A DNA stretch of 58,284 nt, from the NCBI GenBank assembly GCA_964610015.1, contig CAZSUM010000001.1:1-58284 (forward strand). The letters run 5' to 3'. The notes under the pieces are model-generated. The model was not told where the DNA came from. It made no database searches and was given only the letters and a program-made list of their open reading frames with translations. Each line of letters begins with the position of its first letter. Positions within the stretch are counted from its first letter, which is position 1. Positions 20,581 to 30,380 of the stretch are shown in pieces. This DNA comes from an uncultured Lentisphaeraceae bacterium (GTDB taxonomy: Bacteria > Verrucomicrobiota > Kiritimatiellia > RFP12 > UBA1067). A program made the position numbers and the translations under genes.

Positions 20581-21321
20581 TTAAGCGGATGACATGCACA
20601 AACCACCGTCGACTCGTAAAATTTGTCCAGTTATCCAAGACGCACGTTCAGAGGCGAGAAACTGAACAACACTGGCAACTTCTTCTGGCGTTCCGAAGCG
20701 CCCCAAGGGGATCGCGGCAAGCTGTCGGACGCGGCGCGTCTCTGGCATATCCGCCGTCATATCCGTTGCGATCAAGCCTGGGGCTACGGCATTGACCGTA
20801 ACACCAGAAGCGGCAAGTTCGCGTGCCGCAGTTTTTGTAAGACCAAACAGAGCTGCTTTTGATGAGCTATACGCCGCACGCATGAGATCACCGAGAAATC
20901 CAGCATCGGATGAGATGTAAATGATGCGTCCCTCTTTTTGACGAGCCATCGGGCGTATGAGTGCTTTAGTTAATAGAAAGGCGGTGTCCAAGTTGGCCGC
21001 ATGAACTGAACGCCATGCCTCAAGGTTTGTAAACGCGAGAGGTTGGCTGTACATGACCCCTGCGTTATTGACAAGCGTGTGCGGGATACCCCATCGCTCC
21101 ACAACTAACGAGACGAGGTTCTCAACTTGTTCGGGAACAGTCAGGTCAGCACAAAACGTCATCGCATCACCACCCGCTGTGCGAATGTCGTTGACCGTTT
21201 GTTCCGCTGCCTCTTGCGATGACCAATGGTGCACCGCAATGCGGAATCCTTCTTGCGCGAGAGCAAAAGCGATGGCACGTCCAATCCCTTTTCCAGCGCC
21301 AGTAACCAGTGCGGTTTTCAT
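20581..21321 (-). CDS. short-chain dehydrogenase/reductase, FabG-like
   Basis: TGAGKGIGRAIA cofactor motif, NNAG, YSSSKAA catalytic motif. 246 aa. Confidence 0.85.
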   Translation of the reverse strand: MKTALVTGAGKGIGRAIAFALAQEGFRIAVHHWSSQEAAEQTVNDIRTAGGDAMTFCADLTVPEQVENLVSLVVERWGIPHTLVNNAGVMYSQPLAFTNLEAWRSVHAANLDTAFLLTKALIRPMARQKEGRIIYISSDAGFLGDLMRAAYSSSKAALFGLTKTAARELAASGVTVNAVAPGLIATDMTADMPETRRVRQLAAIPLGRFGTPEEVASVVQFLASERASWITGQILRVDGGLCMSSA

Positions 21322-21330
21322 AACCTAACC

Positions 21331-21798
21331 TCAGGATTTGAGATAGGGGGCAATCACCTGTTCGTCAATCAGCTCAGCCCCGGTTTCGGATTGTACTTTG
21401 GAAAGATCGATCCCCTGTTCACGGGCCAGACGACGCACCCGAGGGGTTGCGCGAATACGCGTTCCGCGATCAACAGGTGTGCGCGATTCAAAAGATCCAA
21501 TTGCACCGCATGTTGAAGCACAGTGTGCCGCATTCTCTTGCTCGATCGTCTCATCCTGCTCACCAGCGAGACCAATCACCCCAACGATATATCCCGTTGG
21601 GATGATACTTTTGGGTTCTGCATAAATGGCAAGAAGGATACCCGACTCTGGAGCTTCGAGTTCATAAGCCGCCTTGTCCGTTGCCAACTCAGCAAGACAC
21701 TCACCCGCTTTGACTTCATCGCCGACTTTTTTACGCCAGCAAGAAAGGGTGACTTCAATTACATTGGCATCTAATTGAGGAATAAGGATACGTGTCAT
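21331..21798 (-). CDS. lipoyl-attachment domain + peripheral-subunit-binding (E3-binding) domain protein lacking an acyltransferase domain
   Basis: Lipoyl motif GECLAELATDKAAYELEAPESG, a linker, then the PSBD-like segment RATPRVRRLAREQGIDLSKV. At 155 aa it is too short for an E2 catalytic domain. Confidence 0.7.
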   Translation of the reverse strand: MTRILIPQLDANVIEVTLSCWRKKVGDEVKAGECLAELATDKAAYELEAPESGILLAIYAEPKSIIPTGYIVGVIGLAGEQDETIEQENAAHCASTCGAIGSFESRTPVDRGTRIRATPRVRRLAREQGIDLSKVQSETGAELIDEQVIAPYLKS

Positions 21799-21831
21799 CG
21801 GTGTCTCATGGTTAAGGGTTATGAATCAGAG

Positions 21832-24800
21832 TTAAAAAGGAATTTTTGATAGCCCTGGCAGAGCGGGTTCAGTTCTTTTTGAATCAGGTGGAATTGGAAT
21901 CATCCAAGTGTCTGTCAGATTTCCTTGCTGATCACTTACACGGAAGGGGAACCAGTGCGAGTGATCAGGAATTTCATTGGAGAGATTAGCAGGCCGGATG
22001 AGCGTTGTCTCGTATAGCCCCTTTGGGCCGACCAAACCTTTGATGCCACTTAAGTCATAAGCGTGAATGGGAATGACATCGGTTGATTCCCACGAGGCCA
22101 GTATGCTCAAAGAACGAATCTGCATCACGTTGTCATTGTTTTTATTATTCTGAAAAAAGAGTGATAAATAGGTGATGTCCGGGGTTTCTTTGCGGTCAGC
22201 CGTTTCGTCACGAAGAAAATCCCTAGCATTGATGATCACATTATTCCAAATCCCAGTCTTAAGATTTAGACTACCCACCACATACTTTAAGTGATTGGTA
22301 TCATTAAAATCAAACATGTGCGCGTCCTTGATTCCACGTGGACGACGTGTTCCTGTATTGAAGCCGAGTGAAAAGAAGGCCTTGGCTCGCGGGGCATCCA
22401 TGGTTCTGAATGAAAGTGCTAGCCAAGGATATTTATCAGGATCCCATGCCGGTGCAAAGGTATGACGAATAAACACATTTCGGCCGTTTTCTGGGGTGAT
22501 TTCAATCACGCGTCCCTCTGGCGTCGTAACCGTTTTGGCAACCACACGATTCTGCGCATCAAAAAATGGAGTGAGTTGATTAAGTGTAAATTCACCATAG
22601 AGCAGATTTTTGCTCAACTTTGGCGTTAAAATGGTCGGTGGACGTTTGTCTGCTTTATAATCAATGGGGATATCGATTTTTAAAGGTGGGCAGGCGTTTC
22701 CTGCAGCATCCATGATTCCCCCCACTGAGAGGGGAAGGATAGCGCCATCTTTGGTTTTTGCAAGTTGTGCTCGTAGCAACCAGATCCAGTCTAAATCAAA
22801 GGTCAGTGTTCCTGTAGCGACCGTACAAGATCCAATGGCTGTTTTTAAATCAAGTGGAGTTCCGAGGCAGGTAAACCGAATTGTATTTAAAACAGGTGGT
22901 GCCACTTGATCAGTCACGGTGAGTGTCAAACGGCTCCCGTTATAGTGAGTCACAGTATCAATAACGTGTTTAATGGCAGGAGGTTTCCGGTCGAGCATGA
23001 ACGGCACATCCGACACCTGCGACCAAGCGCCTCTCCTATCGCGTGCGCGTACAACCAGGTGATGAATACCCTCAGGGACCGCATGCAGCTCTGGTTCAAC
23101 TACGGTCGCATTTTTCGCGGGTAGCCAGACAACCTTATCTTGCTCATCTTGAGCTCTATTATCGAATGCTATATCTCCAGCCAAGATCCCGTAGACGACT
23201 TCGCCCACGCCATCCGGATCGACAAAGTCAGCCTTAAACGCAAAAGGCTTTTGGGGGCCAACTGCTGGGCCACAGGTGATATCATCAACTTGCAAAATAC
23301 TGCGAAGGCCGGTTTGATCAGGTGCTTTACGTGATCCGATTCGGATCTGCGCAGTCGGCAACGTGCACCGTTCAGAGAGAGAGAAGGTTCCAACACTGTC
23401 GTAAGGAACGCCAGTCCACACATGCCATTGGTGATCCATTGAGGCGAGTTGCCATTTATTAAAGCGCACATGCGTTGAGCAGGGTTCGGAGAAGGCAAAG
23501 ATAAACTCTCCATAAGAAAGTGAAACAATCGCCATGGGATCACCCTTGTAGCGCAATTGGATCAAGGGGGTCGCAATTGGGTCAAACGACTTGATGAGGT
23601 TAGCGTTGAGACGTTGATTATACAAACCGCTGTTGGCGATCATCAAGACACCCCCGCGCAAGGGGTCGCTATTATCAATCGAAACCTTTGCGCTAAGCTT
23701 ATACGGCTGGCTGTTAAACGGACGAGCTTCAAATGTTTCGATACCGCCTTCAGGCATGGTCAACGAGAGTAGAACTGGCGCAAGGTTTTCGTTGTTCGAG
23801 TCGTGCATCGGAACGACTTGTCTGAAAAAGCGACCATCTGAAAGTTCAAGCGTCAAGGTCATGCGTTCAGTCTGAAGGACATCCAACGGAACCAAAATCC
23901 GAATATTGTTTTCTTCAGCACTGAACGGCGCAACATGCGTGTCCACCAAGACGCGTTTTGGGGGAAGTAATGGCGATGGCCAAGGGTGAACGGGGTGCAC
24001 AACAATCGAACCGGGAATCGAGGGATCGGCCTCTGCGCGTAACCCAAAACTGGCGAGCTCTGGTACAGCCCATTCGATAATTGGGCAGTGCGGATCAAGG
24101 CTTTTGGGCACCTCGACCATCTGTAATTCGCCAGGTTTAAGACTGTTAATAATTTTTGTAAGCGCTGCAACTTCCTGCCTTTTTTCTGGTGGGGCATCCA
24201 GTGTCGGAACCCCGCGATGGATTTCTCTAAAATTACGAATCGCGTACCAAGCATGCGGCGGGTTACCCTCAAGGCCTTGTTGCATATCACTAGGCTGTAG
24301 ATTACCGAAACCTTCAATCTGAATCGCCTGGTTTTCGCGAATCACATCAGAGGGAACCCAAATCTCAACCGGAGTCCAAACAAGCTGTTTACCGAGCAGA
24401 TCAGAGGGGGGTATTTCAGCCGCTTTGCCTGCAATGTTACGAGGACCACGCTTCTCCTCTGTGCCACACAAGATATAGGTCCACGGTTGCAATGTTGTCC
24501 ACCCGTCTTTTTTATCGGACTTGACGGTGGCAAACTCGAAATTGACACGCGCTTGTGGGTGCCGGGCTATCTCAAACCGCCATCCCAATAATTTGTCCGG
24601 GAGCGCCGGGGGAAGAGCACATTTAACCAGAAAAGAACCGCTCCCGAGAATGGACGTTACACGCATCTCTGGCGCATTGGAGTTTAGATTTTTAAACCGT
24701 ACACTGGGATGACTGACAGTATCAAACGCCTGCCAATAATCAGGTGCGAGTGCCTGCGCGACACGTCCATTGACACGCAAGCCCGAGTCAACTTGCTCAA

Positions 24801-27597
24801 CAATAGGCGGTGGGGTGGGGGATGGGGCCGTAGGCAACGGGGTGAAAGCAAAGGGCCTCGGCTGAATGGATTCAGCGGCTATTTTGATACGAGCGACCAT
24901 CATTGAATTCTGATAGGTCCAGATGCCAAGTGACCCATTTTGTAGTGGCTGAGGGTCTTCAATCTGAAAGACTTCCTCGTTATCATAAATGTATTGCAAA
25001 GACGTACCAATCCGACGCAGTTGTATGCCATACCAGGCACCATGAATATCCCGCCCTGCTGCAATGAGAGGCTGATAACCTTGTCGAGAGAGCCCAGCAC
25101 GTGCACGAGGGACAAGGTACTTGGTACTGATGTCCATCAATTTCCCATTACGCAATAGACGCGAGTAGAGTTGAGAATGATCAGGGTCCCAACCCGTGGC
25201 AATTGCTGTATAACCATCACCCGCCATATTTGAGCGACTCATCACCGTTAGGTTTAAATCACCGGGCCGTTGATACCACCCCATTCGCATGCCTGCATAG
25301 AACTCAATACTGAAATCGCCACTAAAAATATACTTCGACCATAAAGCAGCCAGAGAGTCGGCGCTCTCTCCATTCATATGGGACCACGTTGGCTCACAGT
25401 AGAATCGATTGATAACCTCCCAACGGCCTCCATTGATAGTCCAATTATAGAGCGATTCCGTAAATAAGGTATCAAAGACGTTATCTCGCTGAACAAGAGT
25501 TCGACTCAGATTTTCGAGCGTCATGCCTTCAATCCGCATTTTGCGTCCGGCCAACGGCGAGGTTAAATGGGTTTTAGCCAAAAGCTTCTGGTCATCACCT
25601 AGCCAAATGACAGATCCCTCAATGCCGAGTGTGTACAGTCGTATTTTGGTTTTGTCAAAAGTTGTTTCCGGAATCTCTTCACACTTAACCGTAAACGCGG
25701 GTTGCGTTTCATGGTTGGGGGTATAGACCTGAATCAGCTCTTTTTCAACAACAACCCGACACAAACTATTAGATGAATTTTCAGGAATACCGATATGGAG
25801 TGTCATTCCCTCGACAACGGGAAGTTGAACTTTAACTGGACCGGTGATATCTCCTTTAAACCAAGTCATGCCATTTTTAAAAGTGACCCATTGTCCTTCT
25901 GGAGAGGCCCAGTGACGCATAAATGGATCATTGACATAAAGTGGGTTCTTTTCAAACCTTTCGGAGAGACACGTTTCTTTTGAACAAACGTTTGGCGCTG
26001 TAAAAAAGAGATCTGCGGGTGTGACCGCAAAAACACCCAAAAGACCCTTGGGCATGATTGGTGATCGATGAAAACAAACCAGCTGACCATCTGCATAGCC
26101 ACGTAACTCGTGTGAGCGTAAGGCGTCAAGAGCCAAGGTGACGCGATTGCTGGAGCCTTGTGTCTTAAAGGTATCAAGCACGACGATGTTGGTGGTGCTT
26201 ACTGCTTCAAGGGTATAGGTTCGCGTATCATCCAATTGGTTTACCGTGAAGCGATACTGGGACGTCTCAGGACTCGTCGATCCCGCTGTTAACCCACAGA
26301 GAAAATCCTGCGATGTTGCGACAACGTGCACTTCCTGACGAAGCGACCCGGCGTTCGGATTACCATACTCCCAGAAATTGGTAGCTTGTGCTAAAGGAGG
26401 AAAATAGAGCCATGTCGTGGTGTGGCGTTGCAACGATTGGACCCCTGCACTTTGGCAACGTGTGGCAAAGCTGACATCTTCAGGGGCGTCAAAAAGACAA
26501 TCTTCATGCGACCAAGCGGCAACATCATCAAACCGTGTCGAATCCGCTTCAGACATGTTGGCATAAAGGCCAAAACGTCCGCCTGGCGGTAGGTTGACTT
26601 TATGTCGGATGACCTCAATATTGTCCGCACGACAGATAATTCGATCGTCGAACAGTTGGGTCTCAAGTAAAAGCCACTGTCCTGCTGGTAACTCGGTTTG
26701 CACGGCAGCAAGCAACTTGCGGGGTTGCTCCGGCGCTGCTGGTTGCCTCCATAGTTCGAGGATCAGACGATCCGTGGCAGGATCAGTGCGTGCCGTAAAA
26801 CCAAAAAAACCTCCGTGCTCGCTGGCCAGAAAAACCAACCCGTTGGTTCCACTATTGTGCTGTACAGCAGCACGAAAGGTGTAGCGATTATAAAACGGTT
26901 CGCCTGCCAGCACGACCGCCTGACTGCCAGAGCCCTCAAGGGTGTAAAAATTGGGGCTTTTTTCGGGTTTGGGCTGACGCGCTAATTGGTAACCGCCTGA
27001 TGTTCCACTGATTGATCCCGTCACCGAATGCAGACGCCAAATGCCAGAGAGAATCTGCCACGTAGGGGGGAACTCTGATCCAGCGGGAACAAGGAAATTG
27101 TCTTCAAAAACAAATTTTCCAAGCCGTTGCGTATAGTCGTCCTTGTTTTCATCAGAGGGGAGCGCTTCCGAGATGTGTTGGACGTACAGGGGGCCGTCCC
27201 AAAGAGGGGGCATCTTGGCAATCATCTGATCGTCGACCGAGAGCAACCAAGCATCCGCCATCCGCTGTAACGTGACCCAGTGTAGCGTTCCGGTGAGTTC
27301 AGGAGAGGGGTAAGTTGCAATCTGGCTTGTTGCAAAAGAATCGAAGAGTTCCTTGGGCATTAGGCGATACTCCGTAAACCCGCTTTGCAAGGTAAACTCG
27401 AGACATCCATGATGATCTGGATTCAACAATCGAATCTGAAGACGATTCTTAACCGGCTTTACATTCATAGCAGCCAGCTCTGAGGAACTCTTGACCTCAA
27501 GACGTGTCTGCCAGTCATCTGCATGTGCCACATGACCCAAAGGGATGACAATCCCAATAAGTATCAGAAATAAAAAAAGATTTATGAATAATTTCAC
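21832..27597 (-). CDS. giant secreted protein (1921 aa) with at least two concanavalin-A/LamG/DUF1080-like jelly-roll segments; function unknown
   Basis: Uninterrupted 5766-nt ORF. Signal peptide MKLFINLFLFLILIGIVIPLGHVAHADD. Jelly-roll-like segments FEDNF...WQILSGIWRL...YTFRAAVQHNSGTNGLVFLA and NWTINGGRWEV...FSGDFSIEFYAG. No catalytic motif recognised. Confidence 0.8.
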   Translation of the reverse strand: MKLFINLFLFLILIGIVIPLGHVAHADDWQTRLEVKSSSELAAMNVKPVKNRLQIRLLNPDHHGCLEFTLQSGFTEYRLMPKELFDSFATSQIATYPSPELTGTLHWVTLQRMADAWLLSVDDQMIAKMPPLWDGPLYVQHISEALPSDENKDDYTQRLGKFVFEDNFLVPAGSEFPPTWQILSGIWRLHSVTGSISGTSGGYQLARQPKPEKSPNFYTLEGSGSQAVVLAGEPFYNRYTFRAAVQHNSGTNGLVFLASEHGGFFGFTARTDPATDRLILELWRQPAAPEQPRKLLAAVQTELPAGQWLLLETQLFDDRIICRADNIEVIRHKVNLPPGGRFGLYANMSEADSTRFDDVAAWSHEDCLFDAPEDVSFATRCQSAGVQSLQRHTTTWLYFPPLAQATNFWEYGNPNAGSLRQEVHVVATSQDFLCGLTAGSTSPETSQYRFTVNQLDDTRTYTLEAVSTTNIVVLDTFKTQGSSNRVTLALDALRSHELRGYADGQLVCFHRSPIMPKGLLGVFAVTPADLFFTAPNVCSKETCLSERFEKNPLYVNDPFMRHWASPEGQWVTFKNGMTWFKGDITGPVKVQLPVVEGMTLHIGIPENSSNSLCRVVVEKELIQVYTPNHETQPAFTVKCEEIPETTFDKTKIRLYTLGIEGSVIWLGDDQKLLAKTHLTSPLAGRKMRIEGMTLENLSRTLVQRDNVFDTLFTESLYNWTINGGRWEVINRFYCEPTWSHMNGESADSLAALWSKYIFSGDFSIEFYAGMRMGWYQRPGDLNLTVMSRSNMAGDGYTAIATGWDPDHSQLYSRLLRNGKLMDISTKYLVPRARAGLSRQGYQPLIAAGRDIHGAWYGIQLRRIGTSLQYIYDNEEVFQIEDPQPLQNGSLGIWTYQNSMMVARIKIAAESIQPRPFAFTPLPTAPSPTPPPIVEQVDSGLRVNGRVAQALAPDYWQAFDTVSHPSVRFKNLNSNAPEMRVTSILGSGSFLVKCALPPALPDKLLGWRFEIARHPQARVNFEFATVKSDKKDGWTTLQPWTYILCGTEEKRGPRNIAGKAAEIPPSDLLGKQLVWTPVEIWVPSDVIRENQAIQIEGFGNLQPSDMQQGLEGNPPHAWYAIRNFREIHRGVPTLDAPPEKRQEVAALTKIINSLKPGELQMVEVPKSLDPHCPIIEWAVPELASFGLRAEADPSIPGSIVVHPVHPWPSPLLPPKRVLVDTHVAPFSAEENNIRILVPLDVLQTERMTLTLELSDGRFFRQVVPMHDSNNENLAPVLLSLTMPEGGIETFEARPFNSQPYKLSAKVSIDNSDPLRGGVLMIANSGLYNQRLNANLIKSFDPIATPLIQLRYKGDPMAIVSLSYGEFIFAFSEPCSTHVRFNKWQLASMDHQWHVWTGVPYDSVGTFSLSERCTLPTAQIRIGSRKAPDQTGLRSILQVDDITCGPAVGPQKPFAFKADFVDPDGVGEVVYGILAGDIAFDNRAQDEQDKVVWLPAKNATVVEPELHAVPEGIHHLVVRARDRRGAWSQVSDVPFMLDRKPPAIKHVIDTVTHYNGSRLTLTVTDQVAPPVLNTIRFTCLGTPLDLKTAIGSCTVATGTLTFDLDWIWLLRAQLAKTKDGAILPLSVGGIMDAAGNACPPLKIDIPIDYKADKRPPTILTPKLSKNLLYGEFTLNQLTPFFDAQNRVVAKTVTTPEGRVIEITPENGRNVFIRHTFAPAWDPDKYPWLALSFRTMDAPRAKAFFSLGFNTGTRRPRGIKDAHMFDFNDTNHLKYVVGSLNLKTGIWNNVIINARDFLRDETADRKETPDITYLSLFFQNNKNNDNVMQIRSLSILASWESTDVIPIHAYDLSGIKGLVGPKGLYETTLIRPANLSNEIPDHSHWFPFRVSDQQGNLTDTWMIPIPPDSKRTEPALPGLSKIPF

Positions 27598-27711
27598 ACC
27601 TACAGTATATCAGGTTTCTCAAGGCTTGTGAGGTGGAATTTTTGACCTGCCGTAAAGATTAGGCAAGGTGAGAGAGTTGTATATGGCGTGCATAATCGCC
27701 CTTTTGAAGCA

Positions 27712-27740
27712 TTGTCCCTGACTCTGGAATACGCTATAGT
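27712..27740 (+). promoter_or_regulatory. candidate promoter placed for a leaderless ispF mRNA (-35 TTGTCC, 17 nt, -10 TATAGT, 6 nt, ATG)
   Basis: Hexamers at 27712-27717 and 27735-27740. ATG at 27747. There is no SD between them. Confidence 0.35.
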
Positions 27741-27746
27741 GCTTTC

Positions 27747-28241
27747 ATGGTACGTACAGGTATTGGCTATGATTCACATTGCTTGGTGACCGAACGTCGT
27801 TTGGTTTTGGGGGGTGTTGAGATCCCTCATTCCCACGGCTTGTTAGGTCATTCGGATGCTGATGTGCTGATTCATGCAATCTGTGATGCGTTGCTTGGCG
27901 CAATTGCAGAGGGGGATATTGGACAGCATTTTCCAGATCGAGATCCGCAATGGAAGGATGCCGACAGTACACAGTTGTTGCGTGCTGTCGTAGAGTTGGT
28001 ACACAAAAAGTGTTGGGAAATTGCGCATGTAGATGCCAGTGTGATTGCCGAAGCGCCAAAACTTCAGCCCTATATTCCTGCCATGCGTGCTAGACTTTGC
28101 CAGATCCTTGATGTTTCTATTGATCGAATTTCAGTCAAAGCCAAGAGCAACGAGGGTATGGACGCGGTTGGTCGACGTGAAGGCATCAGTTGTATGGCGG
28201 TTGCCACAGTTGCGCGGCACAGCCAACAGAATGAATTTTAA
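27747..28241 (+). CDS. ispF: 2-C-methyl-D-erythritol 2,4-cyclodiphosphate synthase
   Basis: GIGYDSHCL and GHSDADVLIHAICDALLGA motifs. 164 aa. Monofunctional, with no IspD domain. Confidence 0.95.
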   Translation: MVRTGIGYDSHCLVTERRLVLGGVEIPHSHGLLGHSDADVLIHAICDALLGAIAEGDIGQHFPDRDPQWKDADSTQLLRAVVELVHKKCWEIAHVDASVIAEAPKLQPYIPAMRARLCQILDVSIDRISVKAKSNEGMDAVGRREGISCMAVATVARHSQQNEF

Positions 28242-28308
28242 ACACCGGAAGCACGCCTAAGTCGCGAACCGGCAAGAGGTTATTAAGAGGAGGCGAGAAG
28301 AGGTATCC

Positions 28309-29718
28309 ATGCAGATTTACAATAGTTTAACACGTTCGAAAGAGGTCTTTGCGCCGATTGCAGACAACACGGTTCGCATGTACACCTGCGGCCCCACAGT
28401 CTACAACTTCGCGCATATTGGAAACTTTCGTGCCTATACCTTCGAAGATGTGCTACGTCGTGTATTGATTTTCAACAACTGGAAAGTAACCCAGGTCATG
28501 AATCTAACCGACGTGGATGACAAAACCATTCGCGGTGCGCAACAGGCAGGCGTGTCGCTTAACGTCTTTACAGCGCCCTTTATTCAGGCGTTTTTTGACG
28601 ACCTTAAAACACTCAATATTCACCCTGCTGAGGTTTATCCAGCTGCAACCGATCATCTGCCCGAGATGTTGGATCTGATTCAACGACTCTTTGACCGCGG
28701 GCTAGCTTATCGTTCTGAAGACGGTTCTGTTTATTTCAGCGTGGGAAAATGGGCTGCGTACGGAAAGTTAGCCCATCTGGATCGTGAAAACCTGCGTGCC
28801 GGTGCTCGGGTAAGCCAAGATGAATACGAGAAAGAAAGTTACGGAGATTTTGCACTCTGGAAGGGGTGGGATCAGCAGGATGGCGATGTGGTGTGGGATT
28901 CACCGTGGGGACGAGGACGGCCCGGATGGCATCTTGAGTGTTCGGCTATGGCCATGAAGTATCTGGGCGAGACGTTTGATTTACATACTGGAGGAATCGA
29001 TAACCTGTTTCCTCATCATGAAAATGAAATTGCCCAAGCCGAAGGCGCCACGGGCAAACCTTTTGTCGCTTACTGGATGCACTGTGCGCATTTGCGGGTG
29101 AACGGTGAGAAAATGTCTAAGTCACTGGGCAACTTCTTTACGCTACGTGATTTAGTCGAAAAAGGCTGGTCTGGACGTGAGATCCGTTATGTCTTAATCA
29201 ATGCACACTACCGACAGCCACTGAACTTCACGTTTGATGCTTTGGATGCGGCGCGGACCTCTTTGGCACGTGTCGATGAGTGTGTGGATGCATTGACAAG
29301 TCTGAGTGGAGAGTCCGATGCGGGAACGGAGATCCCAGTTTGGGCAACAAGCGCGCACGAAACGTTTGCCGCAGCCGTCAATGATGATTTGAATCTTCCT
29401 GAAGCATTTGCAGCGCTTTTTGCTCTTGTTCGTGAAAGCAACACGGCGTTACGCGAGGGTTCGTTGACGCCAGACTGTGCCGCTACGGTTTTAAACATTT
29501 TCGGCTCGATCGACAGTGTTTTAGGCGTGGTACGCTTTGGTCGGGCTGCATTGGATAACTCAGTCCCACAAGAAATCATGGTGTTGATAAATGAACGTGG
29601 TGCCGCACGGACTGCTAAAGACTGGGCCGCTTCTGATCGACTGCGCGACGAAATTGCCGCCTTGGGCTGGGAGGTTCGTGACGCAAAGGATGGCCAAAAG
29701 GTGAAAAAACGCGTGTGA
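28309..29718 (+). CDS. cysS: cysteine--tRNA ligase
   Basis: CGPTVYNFAHIGN (HIGH), KMSKSLGN (KMSKS), WHLEC zinc site. 469 aa. Confidence 0.95.
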   Translation: MQIYNSLTRSKEVFAPIADNTVRMYTCGPTVYNFAHIGNFRAYTFEDVLRRVLIFNNWKVTQVMNLTDVDDKTIRGAQQAGVSLNVFTAPFIQAFFDDLKTLNIHPAEVYPAATDHLPEMLDLIQRLFDRGLAYRSEDGSVYFSVGKWAAYGKLAHLDRENLRAGARVSQDEYEKESYGDFALWKGWDQQDGDVVWDSPWGRGRPGWHLECSAMAMKYLGETFDLHTGGIDNLFPHHENEIAQAEGATGKPFVAYWMHCAHLRVNGEKMSKSLGNFFTLRDLVEKGWSGREIRYVLINAHYRQPLNFTFDALDAARTSLARVDECVDALTSLSGESDAGTEIPVWATSAHETFAAAVNDDLNLPEAFAALFALVRESNTALREGSLTPDCAATVLNIFGSIDSVLGVVRFGRAALDNSVPQEIMVLINERGAARTAKDWAASDRLRDEIAALGWEVRDAKDGQKVKKRV

Positions 29719-30380
29719 TGAAAAAGGGTAAATTTATTACGTTTGAAGGACCGGAGGGGAGTGGTAAGTCAACCCATATCCAGCTCTTAGCCGCATATCT
29801 TGAAACGCAAGGGGTGGCGGTGACGATCACACGGGAGCCAGGCGGCACACTGACCGGTGAAGCGATCCGATTGTTGTTGCAGCATAATAGTGCTGGCGAA
29901 GCGCCTGTTGCGAGAGCCGAAGTGCTACTCTTTCTTGCAAGTCGTGCCCAACATGTTGAGCGGTTAATCCAACCTGCTTTACATGCTGGTCGTTGGGTTT
30001 TGTGTGATCGTTTCGACGCCTCGACATTGGCCTACCAAGGATATGGTCGCGGATTTGATCTGGATGCTCTTCGCGCGTTGAATCAATTCGCGACACAGGA
30101 TTTGACGCCAGACTTAACTCTGCTTTTGGATATTCAGCCGGAACAGGGACGTACTCGACTACACGCACGACAGCAGGCGACAGCAACCACACTCGACCGT
30201 TTTGAGTGTGAAGCCTCTGCTTTTCATGCGCGGGTTCGTGAGGGGTTTCTTGATCTAGCACGTCGCGAACCTGAGCGATATCTAAGAATCAATACCGATG
30301 CTGCACGTGAAGAGGTGGCATTGATCATTCAGAATGCGATTAAGAAACGGTTTGGGGAGGGAAAAACTCATGCGTTTTGA
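29718..30380 (+). CDS. tmk: dTMP kinase
   Basis: FITFEGPEGSGKST P-loop, DRF, typical length. The start overlaps the cysS stop (GTGATG). Confidence 0.9.
   Translation: MKKGKFITFEGPEGSGKSTHIQLLAAYLETQGVAVTITREPGGTLTGEAIRLLLQHNSAGEAPVARAEVLLFLASRAQHVERLIQPALHAGRWVLCDRFDASTLAYQGYGRGFDLDALRALNQFATQDLTPDLTLLLDIQPEQGRTRLHARQQATATTLDRFECEASAFHARVREGFLDLARREPERYLRINTDAAREEVALIIQNAIKKRFGEGKTHAF

Noticed and set aside
23169-24317. Same-strand out-of-frame ORFs (23169-23543 and 23859-24317) inside the giant gene, considered as signs of a frameshifted pseudogene
   Set aside because: The 1921-aa frame is uninterrupted across this region, so there is no need to invoke a frameshift.
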